Assembly (NCBI GenBank): GCA_040902005.1
Contig: JBBDYA010000084.1
Span: 35,720 to 99,719, forward strand
DNA: 64,000 nucleotides
DNA from: Gemmatimonadaceae bacterium
GTDB lineage: Bacteria; Gemmatimonadota; Gemmatimonadetes; Gemmatimonadales; Gemmatimonadaceae
Reading direction: 5' to 3'
Shown here in pieces: positions 41,370-51,135 of this stretch (within the stretch, counting starts at the first letter, position 1; each line of letters starts with the position of its first letter). Made by a program: the position numbers and the translations under genes. The notes under the pieces were generated by a model. It had not been told where the DNA came from. It did not search any database and saw only the letters and a program-made list of their open reading frames with translations.

Positions 41370-42725
41370 CTACTCCAATCCGTATTCCTTGATCTTGTAA
41401 AGGAGGGCGCGATGCGACAGATCGAGCAGCTTGGCGGCGCGTGTCCGATTGCCGGCCGTCTGCTGGAGCGCGCGTGCGATGAGCGTGCGCTCCAGCGCGT
41501 ACATGCGCCGCTTCACTGACAGGTCGTCGTCGTCGTCGCCGGCCACGGGCGGCGTGCCGGGGTCGCGAATGGCCGGCGGCAACTGCTCCACGTCCACGCG
41601 CGACGAGTCGGCGAGCACCATGGCGCGCTCCACGACGTTCTCGAGCTCGCGGACATTGCCGGGCCACTCGTACTCGAGCAGGAGCCGCATGGCGGCCGGG
41701 GTCACGCCGGAGACGGAGAGTCCGAGACGCCGGTTGAACACGTTCACGAAGTGATGCACCAGCAGGTGGAGGTCCTCGCGCCGATCGCGCAGGGCGGGCA
41801 GCTGGATGCGGACCACGTTGACGCGATAGAAGAGGTCCGCGCGGAACCGACCTTCCCGCACCTCGCTCTCGAGGTCCCGCGACGTGGCGGCCACGACTCG
41901 AACGTCAACCGGCCGTGAGGTGTTGTCGCCCACACGGCGGATTTCACCTTCCTGGAGGGCCCGGAGCAGCTTCACCTGGAGGGGGGCGGGCAGCTCCCCG
42001 ATCTCGTCGAGGAAGAGCGTGCCGCCGCTGGCTTCCTCGAACAGCCCCGAGCGCTGCTCCACCGCACCGGTGAACGCGCCGCGCGCGTGTCCGAACAACT
42101 CGCTCTCCAGCAGCGGCTCGGGTATCGCGCCGCAGTTGATCGCCACGAACGGCGCGGCCGACCGCGGACTCTCCGCGTGAATCAGCTGTGCGAACAGTTC
42201 CTTGCCGGAGCCGCTCTCGCCCGTGATCAGCACGGTGCTGGGATGCTTCGCCACCTTTCGGGCCACCGCCATCGCCCGCGCCAGGGCCTCACTCTGGCCC
42301 ACGATACCCCTGGGGGCCTGCAACGCCTCGACTTCCGCGCTGAGGCGGCGCACCTGCTGGCGGAGCCCCTCGCGCTCGATGGCCTTGCGCAACACGAGCA
42401 GAACCTGATCCGCACGAAAGGGTTTCTGAATGAAGTCGTATGCGCCGCGTTTGATCGCATCGAGCGCGGCGTCGTCATCGCCGTAGGCGCTCATCATGAT
42501 GACCAGCGCCGACCCCGACGCGCGGCGATACCGCTCGAGGAACGCGATGCCATCCAGCGTGGGCATGCGCACGTCGCAGAGCACGAGGTCGGCCTCCTGC
42601 TGGGCGAGCATCGCGAGCGCGGCCTCACCGTCCGCGGCGGCACGGGTCTGATGCCCTTCGCCCTCGAGGATCAGCGTGAGCGTGTGGCGCAGCCCGAGCT
42701 CATCGTCCACGATGAGGATGTTCAT
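41370..42725 (-). CDS. Sigma54-dependent response regulator (NtrC/AtoC type)
   Basis: Receiver domain, GESGSGKE, GAFTGA, WPGNVRELEN, C-terminal HTH. Confidence 0.95.
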   Translation of the reverse strand: MNILIVDDELGLRHTLTLILEGEGHQTRAAADGEAALAMLAQQEADLVLCDVRMPTLDGIAFLERYRRASGSALVIMMSAYGDDDAALDAIKRGAYDFIQKPFRADQVLLVLRKAIEREGLRQQVRRLSAEVEALQAPRGIVGQSEALARAMAVARKVAKHPSTVLITGESGSGKELFAQLIHAESPRSAAPFVAINCGAIPEPLLESELFGHARGAFTGAVEQRSGLFEEASGGTLFLDEIGELPAPLQVKLLRALQEGEIRRVGDNTSRPVDVRVVAATSRDLESEVREGRFRADLFYRVNVVRIQLPALRDRREDLHLLVHHFVNVFNRRLGLSVSGVTPAAMRLLLEYEWPGNVRELENVVERAMVLADSSRVDVEQLPPAIRDPGTPPVAGDDDDDLSVKRRMYALERTLIARALQQTAGNRTRAAKLLDLSHRALLYKIKEYGLE

Positions 42726-43933
42726 GACGCCGAGGCCAAGGGCCGGGCCGGGCCGGCCGGGGCTGATGCGCCGGCCGAGGGAGCGCCCGCAATCGGGAAC
42801 AGCATGCGAAAAGCCGCCCCCCCCTCGCGCGCGGAGCTGACCCCGATGGTGCCGCCCGCGTTCTCCACGGCGCGGGCAACGATGGCCAGCCCCAGCCCGG
42901 TACCCTTGCCCGGCTCCTTGGTGGTGTAGAAGGGATCGAAGACCCGTTCCTGGTCCGAGGCGGGTACGCCCGGTCCCGAATCGCCGACGACCACCATCGC
43001 GACATCCTCGGCCCCCGCGGATTCCAGCCATCGGGTGATGCGGGCACCCGGCCGATTCACCGGCTGGCCTCCGGCATCGGACGCGCGTCGCGCCCCCGCA
43101 AGCAGCTCCGCGCGCGTCGTGCGCCGGATGACCAGGGACAGGGCTCCACGCCCGCGCATCGCGTCCACCGCGTTGAGCAGCAGGTTCACCAGCGTCTGCT
43201 CGAAGTCGTGCCGATCGCCCGCCACGATCGGCGGCACGGGAGCAGGGCTGAAGTGGAGCTCCACGTGCTGGACGGATCCCTGGGCGACGAGCAGGTCGAT
43301 GACGTTCCTGGCCACGTCGTTGAGGTCCACGCGTCCCGACGGATGGCGGGAGGGACGCGCGTAATCCAGCAGCCCACGGACGATCCGGTCGATGCGCACC
43401 GACTCCCGCTCGAGTCCCGCGACGGCGGCGCTTGTGGAATCGTCGCCCGGCCGGGCCGTGCGCAAGACGTGGACATATCCGCTGATCGCGCCAAGGGGGT
43501 TCCCGATCTCGTGCGCGATGCCGGCGGCGAGGCGGCCCACGCTCGCCATTTTCTCCGCGCGCACCAGGTGGGCACGCTCCTCGAGCAGGCGATCCGTCAT
43601 CCGGTTGACGCTGGCCGCGAGCTGCTCCGTCTCGATCGTGTCCCCGGGATCGATGCGCCGGTCGAGATCGCCGGCGGCGATCGCTTCGGCGGCGGCGATC
43701 GCGTTGCGCAGCGGCCGAAGCATCACCTTCTCCACTTGATACGCCACGTAGCCCAGCAGGATGACGACATCCAGCGCCACGAGCACGCTGATGTAGATCG
43801 CGGCATACTCCGGATCGAGCACGTCGTACAGCACCATCACGCTCGCCACGCCCAGCGACAGCGCGGTCGCGGCGAGGAGCGCGATGTTCAGCAGGAGTTC
43901 GGTGCGCAGCGAGAAGCGACGGGGGGGGGGCAT
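42722..43933 (-). CDS. HAMP-domain sensor histidine kinase
   Basis: Two TM segments, HAMP, AHEIGNPL, NLLLNA.DA, DSGPG, GTGLGL. Confidence 0.93.
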   Translation of the reverse strand: MPPPRRFSLRTELLLNIALLAATALSLGVASVMVLYDVLDPEYAAIYISVLVALDVVILLGYVAYQVEKVMLRPLRNAIAAAEAIAAGDLDRRIDPGDTIETEQLAASVNRMTDRLLEERAHLVRAEKMASVGRLAAGIAHEIGNPLGAISGYVHVLRTARPGDDSTSAAVAGLERESVRIDRIVRGLLDYARPSRHPSGRVDLNDVARNVIDLLVAQGSVQHVELHFSPAPVPPIVAGDRHDFEQTLVNLLLNAVDAMRGRGALSLVIRRTTRAELLAGARRASDAGGQPVNRPGARITRWLESAGAEDVAMVVVGDSGPGVPASDQERVFDPFYTTKEPGKGTGLGLAIVARAVENAGGTIGVSSAREGGAAFRMLFPIAGAPSAGASAPAGPARPLASAS

Positions 43934-43959
43934 CGCCAGTACTGACGGGCCGGGGGGAG

Positions 43960-43995
43960 AAAAAGAAACCGGGCCAGGCTCTCGCCTGACCCGGT
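43960..43995 (-). terminator. Intrinsic terminator after pilA
   Basis: Minus strand ACCGGGTCAGGC-GAGA-GCCTGGCCCGGT followed by TTCTTTTT. Confidence 0.85.
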
Positions 43996-44017
43996 GTCCT
44001 TCAACCTGCAATCGGTG

Positions 44018-44416
44018 CTACGGGAGTTCGCAAGCCGGCTCGCCTTCGCCGGGGTTCCCCGCCGCAGGGGAGACGTTCGTTGGGAATACGGAGGTACCGA
44101 CCATGATGCCACACATGGCATTCGCGTACTGCGAATGCGAGTTCGTGGCGGTCCAGGACCCCTTACCCGTGATAATTGCGGGCATGCTCACGCCAGTCGA
44201 CGGAGCGACTCCGAGCTGAGCAGCCGTGCCGTACTTCATGTTGTCGGCGAAATAGCTCTCCTGCGTTGACAACAGGTTGCGCAAATCCGACTTCATGGCC
44301 GTGACGTACGCCTTGTTCTTCGTGTTCGCGAACTTCGGGATCGCGATGGCTGCGAGAATGCCGATGATAACGACCACGATCAGCAGCTCGATCAGCGTAA
44401 AGCCCTTGCGGTTCAT
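44018..44416 (-). CDS. pilA: Major type IVa pilin
   Basis: MNRKG|FTLIELLIVVVIIGILAAIAIP, KSDLRNL, C-terminal Cys pair; GGAG RBS, own promoter and terminator. Confidence 0.9.
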   Translation of the reverse strand: MNRKGFTLIELLIVVVIIGILAAIAIPKFANTKNKAYVTAMKSDLRNLLSTQESYFADNMKYGTAAQLGVAPSTGVSMPAIITGKGSWTATNSHSQYANAMCGIMVGTSVFPTNVSPAAGNPGEGEPACELP

Positions 44417-44490
44417 GCTTATCTCCGTTGGAGAGGGGGAGGGACCAACATCCTACACTAGCACGCCTGTGGCGTACGTGGTGGGATAAG

Positions 44491-44505
44491 GCAATGCCGG
44501 GGCCA
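44491..44505 (-). promoter_or_regulatory. Sigma54 -24/-12 promoter of pilA
   Basis: TGGC-CCCGGCA-TTGC on the minus strand (TGGC-N7-TTGC). Confidence 0.75.
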
Positions 44506-44533
44506 TCTGGCACGCGGACGCCAACATACGGAA

Positions 44534-44546
44534 AATCAACGGGTTA
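44534..44546 (+). promoter_or_regulatory. IHF consensus site
   Basis: AATCAACGGGTTA matches WATCAANNNNTTR; lies between the promoter and the candidate UAS. Confidence 0.65.
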
Positions 44547-44571
44547 CGCTGAGACCAGTCCTGGTGCGCCC

Positions 44572-44612
44572 GCAAAAAGCCCCGCCTTTTGCAACGTGCC
44601 TCGCACTTTGCC
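44572..44612. promoter_or_regulatory. Candidate enhancer (UAS) for PilR
   Basis: Palindrome GCAAAA-N9-TTTTGC, plus CTCGCACTTTGC whose reverse complement recurs at 61735-61746. Confidence 0.45.
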
Positions 44613-44656
44613 ACGGTCCCCGCACCGTGGGAGGAGCCGGATCGGGGGCCGGCCCG

Positions 44657-45286
44657 TCAGCGGTGGGGTTCCAGGATGAAGACGTGGCTCGGGAACCAGG
44701 GGAGGAGGAGCCGCACCGCCGCCGCGGGCAGCCAGCCCAGGTCGGGCATGTCGCCACGAAAGGCGCGGGTGTCCCGGACGATCGCCACGCTGAAGTCCCG
44801 GACCCGGAAGCCCATGCGCTCGAACAGTGGGCGCATCTCGCGATACCGCAGTACCTGCTCGTTCGCGACATGGCCCGCCATGATGGGTGAGCTGCGATTG
44901 GGGGTGGCCAGGTACACGCAACCGTCCGCACGCAGCACACGACGCATCTCGGACAGGTGCAGCGGCTGGTCGACAACGTGCTCGATCACGTGATTCGATA
45001 TCACGACGTCGAAGAAGCCGTCTCCGAACGGCAAACGCTCCGACGTGACACGGTCAAACGCGAAGCCGGCATTCTCCGGGCGTCGGCGGTCGTCCACGTC
45101 CACGCCGTGGACCTCGTTGGCGGGGACGAAGTGCTGGCTGATGTCCCCATTGCCGCATCCGATGTCGAGGACACGGCGACCGCGCACCGGGCCGCCGAAA
45201 TGCGCGGTCAGGACGGCATCGATCATCAGCGCCTTCTCGACACGAGGGAACTGGTGGACGGGGCCGCGGAACCTAGTGAAGCGCAT
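44657..45286 (-). CDS. Class I SAM-dependent methyltransferase
   Basis: VLDIGCGNG, LPF.D..FDVV.SNHVIEHV, TPN. Confidence 0.9.
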   Translation of the reverse strand: MRFTRFRGPVHQFPRVEKALMIDAVLTAHFGGPVRGRRVLDIGCGNGDISQHFVPANEVHGVDVDDRRRPENAGFAFDRVTSERLPFGDGFFDVVISNHVIEHVVDQPLHLSEMRRVLRADGCVYLATPNRSSPIMAGHVANEQVLRYREMRPLFERMGFRVRDFSVAIVRDTRAFRGDMPDLGWLPAAAVRLLLPWFPSHVFILEPHR

Positions 45287-46265
45287 CCGCCTCCTTGCGC
45301 CGTCGTGCGAGGACCCCCGCGAGCTCGATCAGGGCTCCGACCGCGCCGATCAGCAACTGGATGGCCAGCAGGGCCAGCGGGAACGCGAGCGCCACGGCGC
45401 GGTCCGCGCCGTGGAGATAGAGCAGGCCGGCAAATCCCGCTTCGCGGACGCCGATCCCGCCGACCGTGATTGGCAGGACGGTGAGCAGGAGCACGGCGGA
45501 GCGCATCCAGCCGATGTCCACGAAGCCCACCGGGAGCTGCATGGCACGGCAGACGATCCAGGCGCTGGCGACGAACAGCAGGTGTCCCGCGACCGACCAG
45601 GCGATCACGAATCCGACGCGCCGGTTGCCCAGCTGCTGGAATCCCGCGACCGCCTCGACGAGCCGCTGGACGCGGGTCGCGACGAACTGCGGCGCGACGC
45701 GCGCGAGCGCACCGATGACCGGCTCGACCCGCGCGAATACCGGGCGGGACACGAAGCAGAGGAACACCGCCAGCGCAAGCAGCGCGAGCGCGGCGCTCAC
45801 GGGAACGAGGATGCGCAGCTCCGGTGGCAGTCCGTCGCGAGCGGCCAGCAGGAATACGAACGCGGAGGTCACGATGACCGCGAACTGCACGACGCGCTCG
45901 AACACGATCAGCGCCGCGGCCTGCCACCCCTGCCCCGCCTGGCGCCGGTACCTGAACCAGCGCATCCCCACCGTGACCGCGTGTGGCAGGATCAGCACGT
46001 AGAACCGCATGACGAGGTTGATCCGCACCAGCTCTGCCAGCGGCAGGCGGATGCTGCCGGCCTGGAGGGTGTGGCTCGTGATGATCGCCGGGACGACGAT
46101 GGACCCAGCGGCATTCACGATCGCGGCCAGCGCGAACGCCGCCGGGGGCAGCGCCTTCAATGCCTCCCAGACGCGACCGGTGTCCACGAGCGCCAGCACG
46201 GCCGCCAGGATCGCGACCCCGACGGCGAGCCGCAGCCAGAACAGGAGCCGGGCGCGATCGACCAT
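45273..46265 (-). CDS. Lysylphosphatidylglycerol-synthase-TM / flippase-like membrane protein
   Basis: Multiple TM segments, FERV, LPITVGGIGVREA motif. Confidence 0.85.
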   Translation of the reverse strand: MVDRARLLFWLRLAVGVAILAAVLALVDTGRVWEALKALPPAAFALAAIVNAAGSIVVPAIITSHTLQAGSIRLPLAELVRINLVMRFYVLILPHAVTVGMRWFRYRRQAGQGWQAAALIVFERVVQFAVIVTSAFVFLLAARDGLPPELRILVPVSAALALLALAVFLCFVSRPVFARVEPVIGALARVAPQFVATRVQRLVEAVAGFQQLGNRRVGFVIAWSVAGHLLFVASAWIVCRAMQLPVGFVDIGWMRSAVLLLTVLPITVGGIGVREAGFAGLLYLHGADRAVALAFPLALLAIQLLIGAVGALIELAGVLARRRKEADALH

Positions 46266-48160
46266 TACGCGCGAGGGCGCGGTCCCGCCAGCGCGGCGAG
46301 ACTCGCGTACGTCGCCAGCAGCGACACGCCGTGCGTGGTCAGGTGGTCGGACGACACGTGCTCGCGATAGAGCGACTCGGCCCACTTGGGACGGAGCAGG
46401 TTGTCGATGTACGCCGGCCGCGTGGCGAATGGCAGCGTGGTGAGCTGCGCCCGGATGAATTCGCGCAGCGGTCCGTAGTACCAGGCGTCGATGGGAGCGT
46501 CCACCGCGGCGACCTTCTTCTGGTGGATGAACGCCCCGGGCAACAGCCCCTTTCGCTCCGCCATCTCCATGAGGATGTACTTACCGCTGCCCGCGAGCGT
46601 GGACTTGCCCGGCGGACGCACGAAGGCATCCGGAATGCCGAGGGCAAACGCCTTCACCGCGGGATGCAGGTAGGGCGACAGGATCGAAACGCCATTCCCG
46701 TCGGAGCACCCGATGATCTTCGTGCGGTTGGTGCCGATGATGGTCTTGCCCATGTACGCCAGGCGGGCTGCGCTGAGGTGCTCCAGCCCCCGAGTCATGT
46801 CGCGCAGGATTTCCGCAGGCGTGCGCTCCTGCGGTGGCGCGTCGCCTCGCAGCCGCGACAGCGACAACTCGTCGAAGATCCGGAACGTCAGAAACCGGCC
46901 AGCGGGCTTCTCGCCCCCCATCGTCCGGAGGACGTTCAGCGCCACGCGCCAGGGATGACCCAACGTGTGCTCGAGCACGCGCGGACTCAACATCCCGATC
47001 GCGGCGCGACTGACTGCCGGCGACAGCCGGCCGAAGGCCTCGTACAGCTGCGCCCGGCCGTATACGCGCGGATACCCCATGAACGTGTGGTCGCAGCCGT
47101 CGCCGGTGTAGCAGTGCCCGAACCCGTCGCGGCGCATGCGCGCCGTGACGAGGTCCGACTGGATGATGTAGTTGGGCCAGTTCGACGCGGCGCTGTACCG
47201 ACGGGCGTACTGCTCCATCCCTTCGCGGAAGTCGGCCGGGCCGATCTGCACCCACTCGTGCCGGTTGCCAACGTGCGCCGCGAGCGTATCCGTGTGCGCC
47301 TGGTCGAACTTCGGGTCGCCGTACCCGAACGTGTACGTCGTCACGCGCTTGCCGACGCGCGCCAGGCCCGCCGCCACGAGACCGGAGTCGAAGCCGCCGA
47401 GCATCACCGCGGCGTCCGGACGGGACGCGCTGAGATCCTCCATCGCGCCCATGAAGACGTCGTACAACCGCTCGACCCCCTGGTCGAACGTCATCGACGC
47501 ATCCAGTCGTGGCAGCGTCGCGGCCCACGGATCAATCGCCTCGATCGTCGAGACAGTCGCACGTCCGTCACACCACTCGAGCAACGTCCCCGCCGCGAGC
47601 ATCCGGGCGCCCGCGAACGGGACGCGCCCTAGCGGAAGGAAACCGTAGATGAGCAGGAAATCCTCGAGCGAGCGATCGACCTGTGCGCGGCCGCCAAGCG
47701 CGGAAACGAACGAAAACAGGTTCGTCCCGAAGACGAGGCTCCCGTCGTACTCCCCATAGATGATGTTGCGCAGGCTGCCCGGCCCAACGGCCAGCAGGAG
47801 CAAGTCGCGCTCCGCGTCGGCGATCGCGACGGCGTAGTGGCCCTGGACATCGCCGAGGAAGGCGCGCCCGGCGCGCACGTAGCGCTCGAGCAGGAAGGCG
47901 GCGGTGGCGTCGGGATCGTCGAGCGGGGAGCCGGCAGTGAATCCGGGCAGCGGCGCGTGGACACTGCCAATGCACGTGAGCGAGAGCGCGCCGCGGCGTG
48001 CGCGCCCCAGAATGGTGCCGCCGTCCGAGAGTGCACCCACCGTGAGCGTGAGCTCCGACGGTCCCCACATCACCGGCGAGCCGTACGTGTGCCTGAGACG
48101 TTCGCCGACCTCGGCCAGGTCGACGCTACCGGCGCCCGCGCGGCCGAAGACGACGTTCAT
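46265..48160 (-). CDS. Asparagine-synthetase-like amide ligase lacking the N-terminal Cys
   Basis: Ntn-like N-domain (G.YA.AI.D), LGGFDS PP-loop variant, TGDGCD, SPYL. Confidence 0.8.
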   Translation of the reverse strand: MNVVFGRAGAGSVDLAEVGERLRHTYGSPVMWGPSELTLTVGALSDGGTILGRARRGALSLTCIGSVHAPLPGFTAGSPLDDPDATAAFLLERYVRAGRAFLGDVQGHYAVAIADAERDLLLLAVGPGSLRNIIYGEYDGSLVFGTNLFSFVSALGGRAQVDRSLEDFLLIYGFLPLGRVPFAGARMLAAGTLLEWCDGRATVSTIEAIDPWAATLPRLDASMTFDQGVERLYDVFMGAMEDLSASRPDAAVMLGGFDSGLVAAGLARVGKRVTTYTFGYGDPKFDQAHTDTLAAHVGNRHEWVQIGPADFREGMEQYARRYSAASNWPNYIIQSDLVTARMRRDGFGHCYTGDGCDHTFMGYPRVYGRAQLYEAFGRLSPAVSRAAIGMLSPRVLEHTLGHPWRVALNVLRTMGGEKPAGRFLTFRIFDELSLSRLRGDAPPQERTPAEILRDMTRGLEHLSAARLAYMGKTIIGTNRTKIIGCSDGNGVSILSPYLHPAVKAFALGIPDAFVRPPGKSTLAGSGKYILMEMAERKGLLPGAFIHQKKVAAVDAPIDAWYYGPLREFIRAQLTTLPFATRPAYIDNLLRPKWAESLYREHVSSDHLTTHGVSLLATYASLAALAGPRPRA

Positions 48161-48723
48161 CGCCGCTGATCCGCGCCGCTCGCGCGCAGAACGAACAGCT
48201 GGTTGGCGCCGAAGAGAAATCGGCGATACTCGACGAGGCGAAGCCCGGCCGCATCTGCGACGCGCGCCAGCGACGACCGGGTGAACAGCTGCTGGTGCTC
48301 CTCCTCGGCGGCATGGTCGAAGATGCCAACGCGAGCGCCGAGCACGTGCGCCCACTCGAACCATGCGTGGGGCGTCGTGAGCACCACCTGTCCGCCGGGA
48401 GCGAGCCGCGCCACGAAGGCGCGCAGCATCTGCTCCGGCTCCGGCACGTGCTCGATGACCGCGAGCGAAGCGATGGTGTCGAAAGTTTCGCCCGTGGGAA
48501 GCTCCGGCGCGAAGCGGTGCCTCGGATGGCTCCGAAGTGCGCGCTCGAAGTTCCGAGGGATCACCTCGACGCCGAGATACCGCTCGGGCGGCACCAGTTC
48601 GGCGAGTACGCTCGCCGCGCCGCAGCCAAAATCGAGCACCCGCCCCTGGAGCCAGGGACGCACCATCTCGAGCCGGCGGCGTCGCAGCCACGGCGACAGC
48701 CGTCCCCGCACCTGATCAGCCAT
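48157..48723 (-). CDS. Class I SAM-dependent methyltransferase
   Basis: VLDFGCG, FDTI..LAVIEHV, LTTP. Confidence 0.9.
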   Translation of the reverse strand: MADQVRGRLSPWLRRRRLEMVRPWLQGRVLDFGCGAASVLAELVPPERYLGVEVIPRNFERALRSHPRHRFAPELPTGETFDTIASLAVIEHVPEPEQMLRAFVARLAPGGQVVLTTPHAWFEWAHVLGARVGIFDHAAEEEHQQLFTRSSLARVADAAGLRLVEYRRFLFGANQLFVLRASGADQRR

Positions 48724-49966
48724 GGTTGGTCACCTCGGCGGCGTTGTGCAGCAACTCGAGCGCGATGGCGACGTTCCGCCGCGAGGCTTCCCTGGTGGCG
48801 CCGAGCCGGGACCTCAGGTGCGACGACAGCGCCTCACGCTGCGCCCAAAGATCATCGAGCCGCCCTCGTAACGCATCTACCGTGAGCGATCGCGAATCGG
48901 CCACCCATTCGCCCACCCCCAGCAAGCGCATGATGCCCAGGGTCTTGTGGCTATAGCTGATAGCAAGCACGGGAACGGCGGACGAGAGCGCGGCGATGTT
49001 GGCGTGCATGCGAGCCCCCATGAACGCGGCCGACCGCGCGATGATCCCCTTCAGTTCTTCCGAGCGATAGTCGCCCTGAAGGACGACGGCATGCTCGCGG
49101 CGTTGCATGCGCTGCCACACCTCCGCGGAAATCCGGCGGTCATCCTTGGCGGGGCGTGGTCCGGTCACGTGTGAAATGAAAACGATTCGGGCGCCGGTGT
49201 GCTCCTGGGCGGCATCCAGGACGGCGGCCATGAGGCCGGCGAACGTTGTGCCGACGCCGGCATTGTGCCGCGCATGGCTCGCCGCGACGATGGCACTGAC
49301 GGAGACGCCGAGGAATCCGGTCGCGCCCGGAAGCCCCTCCTCGCGAAGGATCTCATCGACGCGAGCGGGCGCCGCGGGCTCGAGCAGGAAGGCCAGGTCG
49401 GCCGTCAGCTGCACGCGACGCATGTCGAGGCCAAGCCGGGCCTCGAGGTACTCCATGGTGACTTGCTCCCGCGCACTGACCGCGGCCGCCGCTCGCATCA
49501 CGCGGCGCACGCCGGCACGGCTCAGGCGAAAGGGCCCGATCGACTGGGCGCACACGTACAGCGGCCGGCCGAGCGCCAGCGCCATCATGAGCGGCAGGAA
49601 GTGCGACCAGGCGAGGTGCAGCCCATGCTCTTCAGTGAGCATGTCGCCGCTGAGGTCGATCACGAGGTCGCTCGAGGCCAGCTCGCGCAACTCCGTGCCC
49701 GGGAGCAGTGTGCTCCCGCGGGCGCCGAGGAGGCGCCGAATCCACAGCCACGCCAGCTTCAGCGACGCTCCCACCAGGTTGCGGCGGCTCGACGCGATGA
49801 CCCGCGCGTCCGTGTAATAGCGCCTGTCATCGGCGGGGAACGGCGTGTGGATCACGATGTCGGCGCCGGGCAGCGCCGCGCGAAGCTCCCGCGCCATGCA
49901 CGACTGCATCGCGGCGTCGCCGCGATTGAACGACGAGTAGGTGCCCGTGAGGATGATCTTCGTCAT
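48716..49966 (-). CDS. Polysaccharide pyruvyltransferase (WcaK-like)
   Basis: NRGD.AM, AQSIGPF, ARE, DLAF, RMHANI, SYSHK motifs. Confidence 0.88.
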   Translation of the reverse strand: MTKIILTGTYSSFNRGDAAMQSCMARELRAALPGADIVIHTPFPADDRRYYTDARVIASSRRNLVGASLKLAWLWIRRLLGARGSTLLPGTELRELASSDLVIDLSGDMLTEEHGLHLAWSHFLPLMMALALGRPLYVCAQSIGPFRLSRAGVRRVMRAAAAVSAREQVTMEYLEARLGLDMRRVQLTADLAFLLEPAAPARVDEILREEGLPGATGFLGVSVSAIVAASHARHNAGVGTTFAGLMAAVLDAAQEHTGARIVFISHVTGPRPAKDDRRISAEVWQRMQRREHAVVLQGDYRSEELKGIIARSAAFMGARMHANIAALSSAVPVLAISYSHKTLGIMRLLGVGEWVADSRSLTVDALRGRLDDLWAQREALSSHLRSRLGATREASRRNVAIALELLHNAAEVTNHG

Positions 49967-51135
49967 CGGCCGTCCACGAGCCGCTCGACCTCGTCAACGT
50001 ACCGGCTCCACGGCCGCTGCTCGTCTGCGGTGTCCACGTTCCGCTGCAGCGTCTCGCGCGCATCGAGCGCACGCGCGATGGCACCTGCCAGGGCCGCCGG
50101 GTCCGACGGCGGGACGAGGTACCCGTTCACGCCGTCCCGCACGACGCTCGTGAGGTCGCCAAGCGCGGACGCCACGATGGGCCGGCGGAAGCCGGCCGCC
50201 AGCTGCGCGGCGCCGCTTCCAGTGACCGAGGTGTACGGAAGCACGGCGACGTCGCACGCTGCGAAGTACAACTCCATCTCGTCCTCGGGAACGTACCGGT
50301 CCACGATCCGCACACGCTCGCCGAGGCCGAGCGCGGCAATCGTACGCTCGTGCGCCTGTCGGTCCTCCCAGAACTCGCCCACCACGAACAGTGTAACGCC
50401 CCTGACGGAGAGCGCGGCTTCGGCCATGGCCCGCAGCAGCACCGCGAGCCCCTTGTAGGGGCGCACGTACCCGAAGAACAGCAGCACCTCGCGTTCCGGC
50501 TCTATGCCGAGGCGCTCGCGCGCCGTGGCACGATCGAAGCGGCCGGTGTTGAATCGCGCGTAGGACGGGTGCGGCACCACGCGGGGGTCGGCCGCACGCA
50601 CGAGGCCGCGCAGCGTCTCGGCTTCGTCGTCGGAGTGCACGAAGAAATCCGTGCCCGCGCGCAGCGAGAGCGTAGTCGCCAGCCGGCCAAGCGCGGTGTG
50701 CTCGTGCGGGAGCACGTTGTGACAGATGAACAGGACGCGAACCTTCATGCGCGCGCGCACGCGTCGCAGGATCCACGAATACGGGAGGGACCAGAAGGTC
50801 GTCCACCAGGGAACGATGACGATGTCGGGCGCCGCGTCGATGATCCCGCGCGCGACGGACTCCCAGGAGATGGGGTTCATCCAGTCGAGGGCGGCCGCGC
50901 CATCGTTCTGCGACGCGGTGACGGCCTCCGGATTCACCTCGCCGGGATACAGCATGCGCGGGTAGTGGCGCGAGAACCGGAAGAACGAGACGCGGTGCCG
51001 CCGTTCCAGCTCCTCGCGGAGCAGCGCCGTGTAGTGAACGATCCCCCCACGAAACGGCTCGGCTGGGCCGAGCATCGCGATGGTCAGGGCGGGCACGTCA
51101 GGCGCGCGACGAATCCCGGGCTGCTCGCTGGCCAT
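49963..51135 (-). CDS. GT4 glycosyltransferase
   Basis: PFRGGI.HY, HNVLPHE, FFGYVRPYKG, VLPY. Confidence 0.9.
   Translation of the reverse strand: MASEQPGIRRAPDVPALTIAMLGPAEPFRGGIVHYTALLREELERRHRVSFFRFSRHYPRMLYPGEVNPEAVTASQNDGAAALDWMNPISWESVARGIIDAAPDIVIVPWWTTFWSLPYSWILRRVRARMKVRVLFICHNVLPHEHTALGRLATTLSLRAGTDFFVHSDDEAETLRGLVRAADPRVVPHPSYARFNTGRFDRATARERLGIEPEREVLLFFGYVRPYKGLAVLLRAMAEAALSVRGVTLFVVGEFWEDRQAHERTIAALGLGERVRIVDRYVPEDEMELYFAACDVAVLPYTSVTGSGAAQLAAGFRRPIVASALGDLTSVVRDGVNGYLVPPSDPAALAGAIARALDARETLQRNVDTADEQRPWSRYVDEVERLVDGR

Noticed and set aside
44018..44416. Electrically conductive e-pilin
   Set aside because: Has F1/F24/Y32/Y50/F51/Y57 but Thr at position 27, and only about 9 F/Y/W in 127 residues; no cytochrome genes in the window
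46265..48160. Lasso peptide cyclase
   Set aside because: No precursor peptide, B1/RRE or B2 peptidase nearby; neighbours are glycan enzymes
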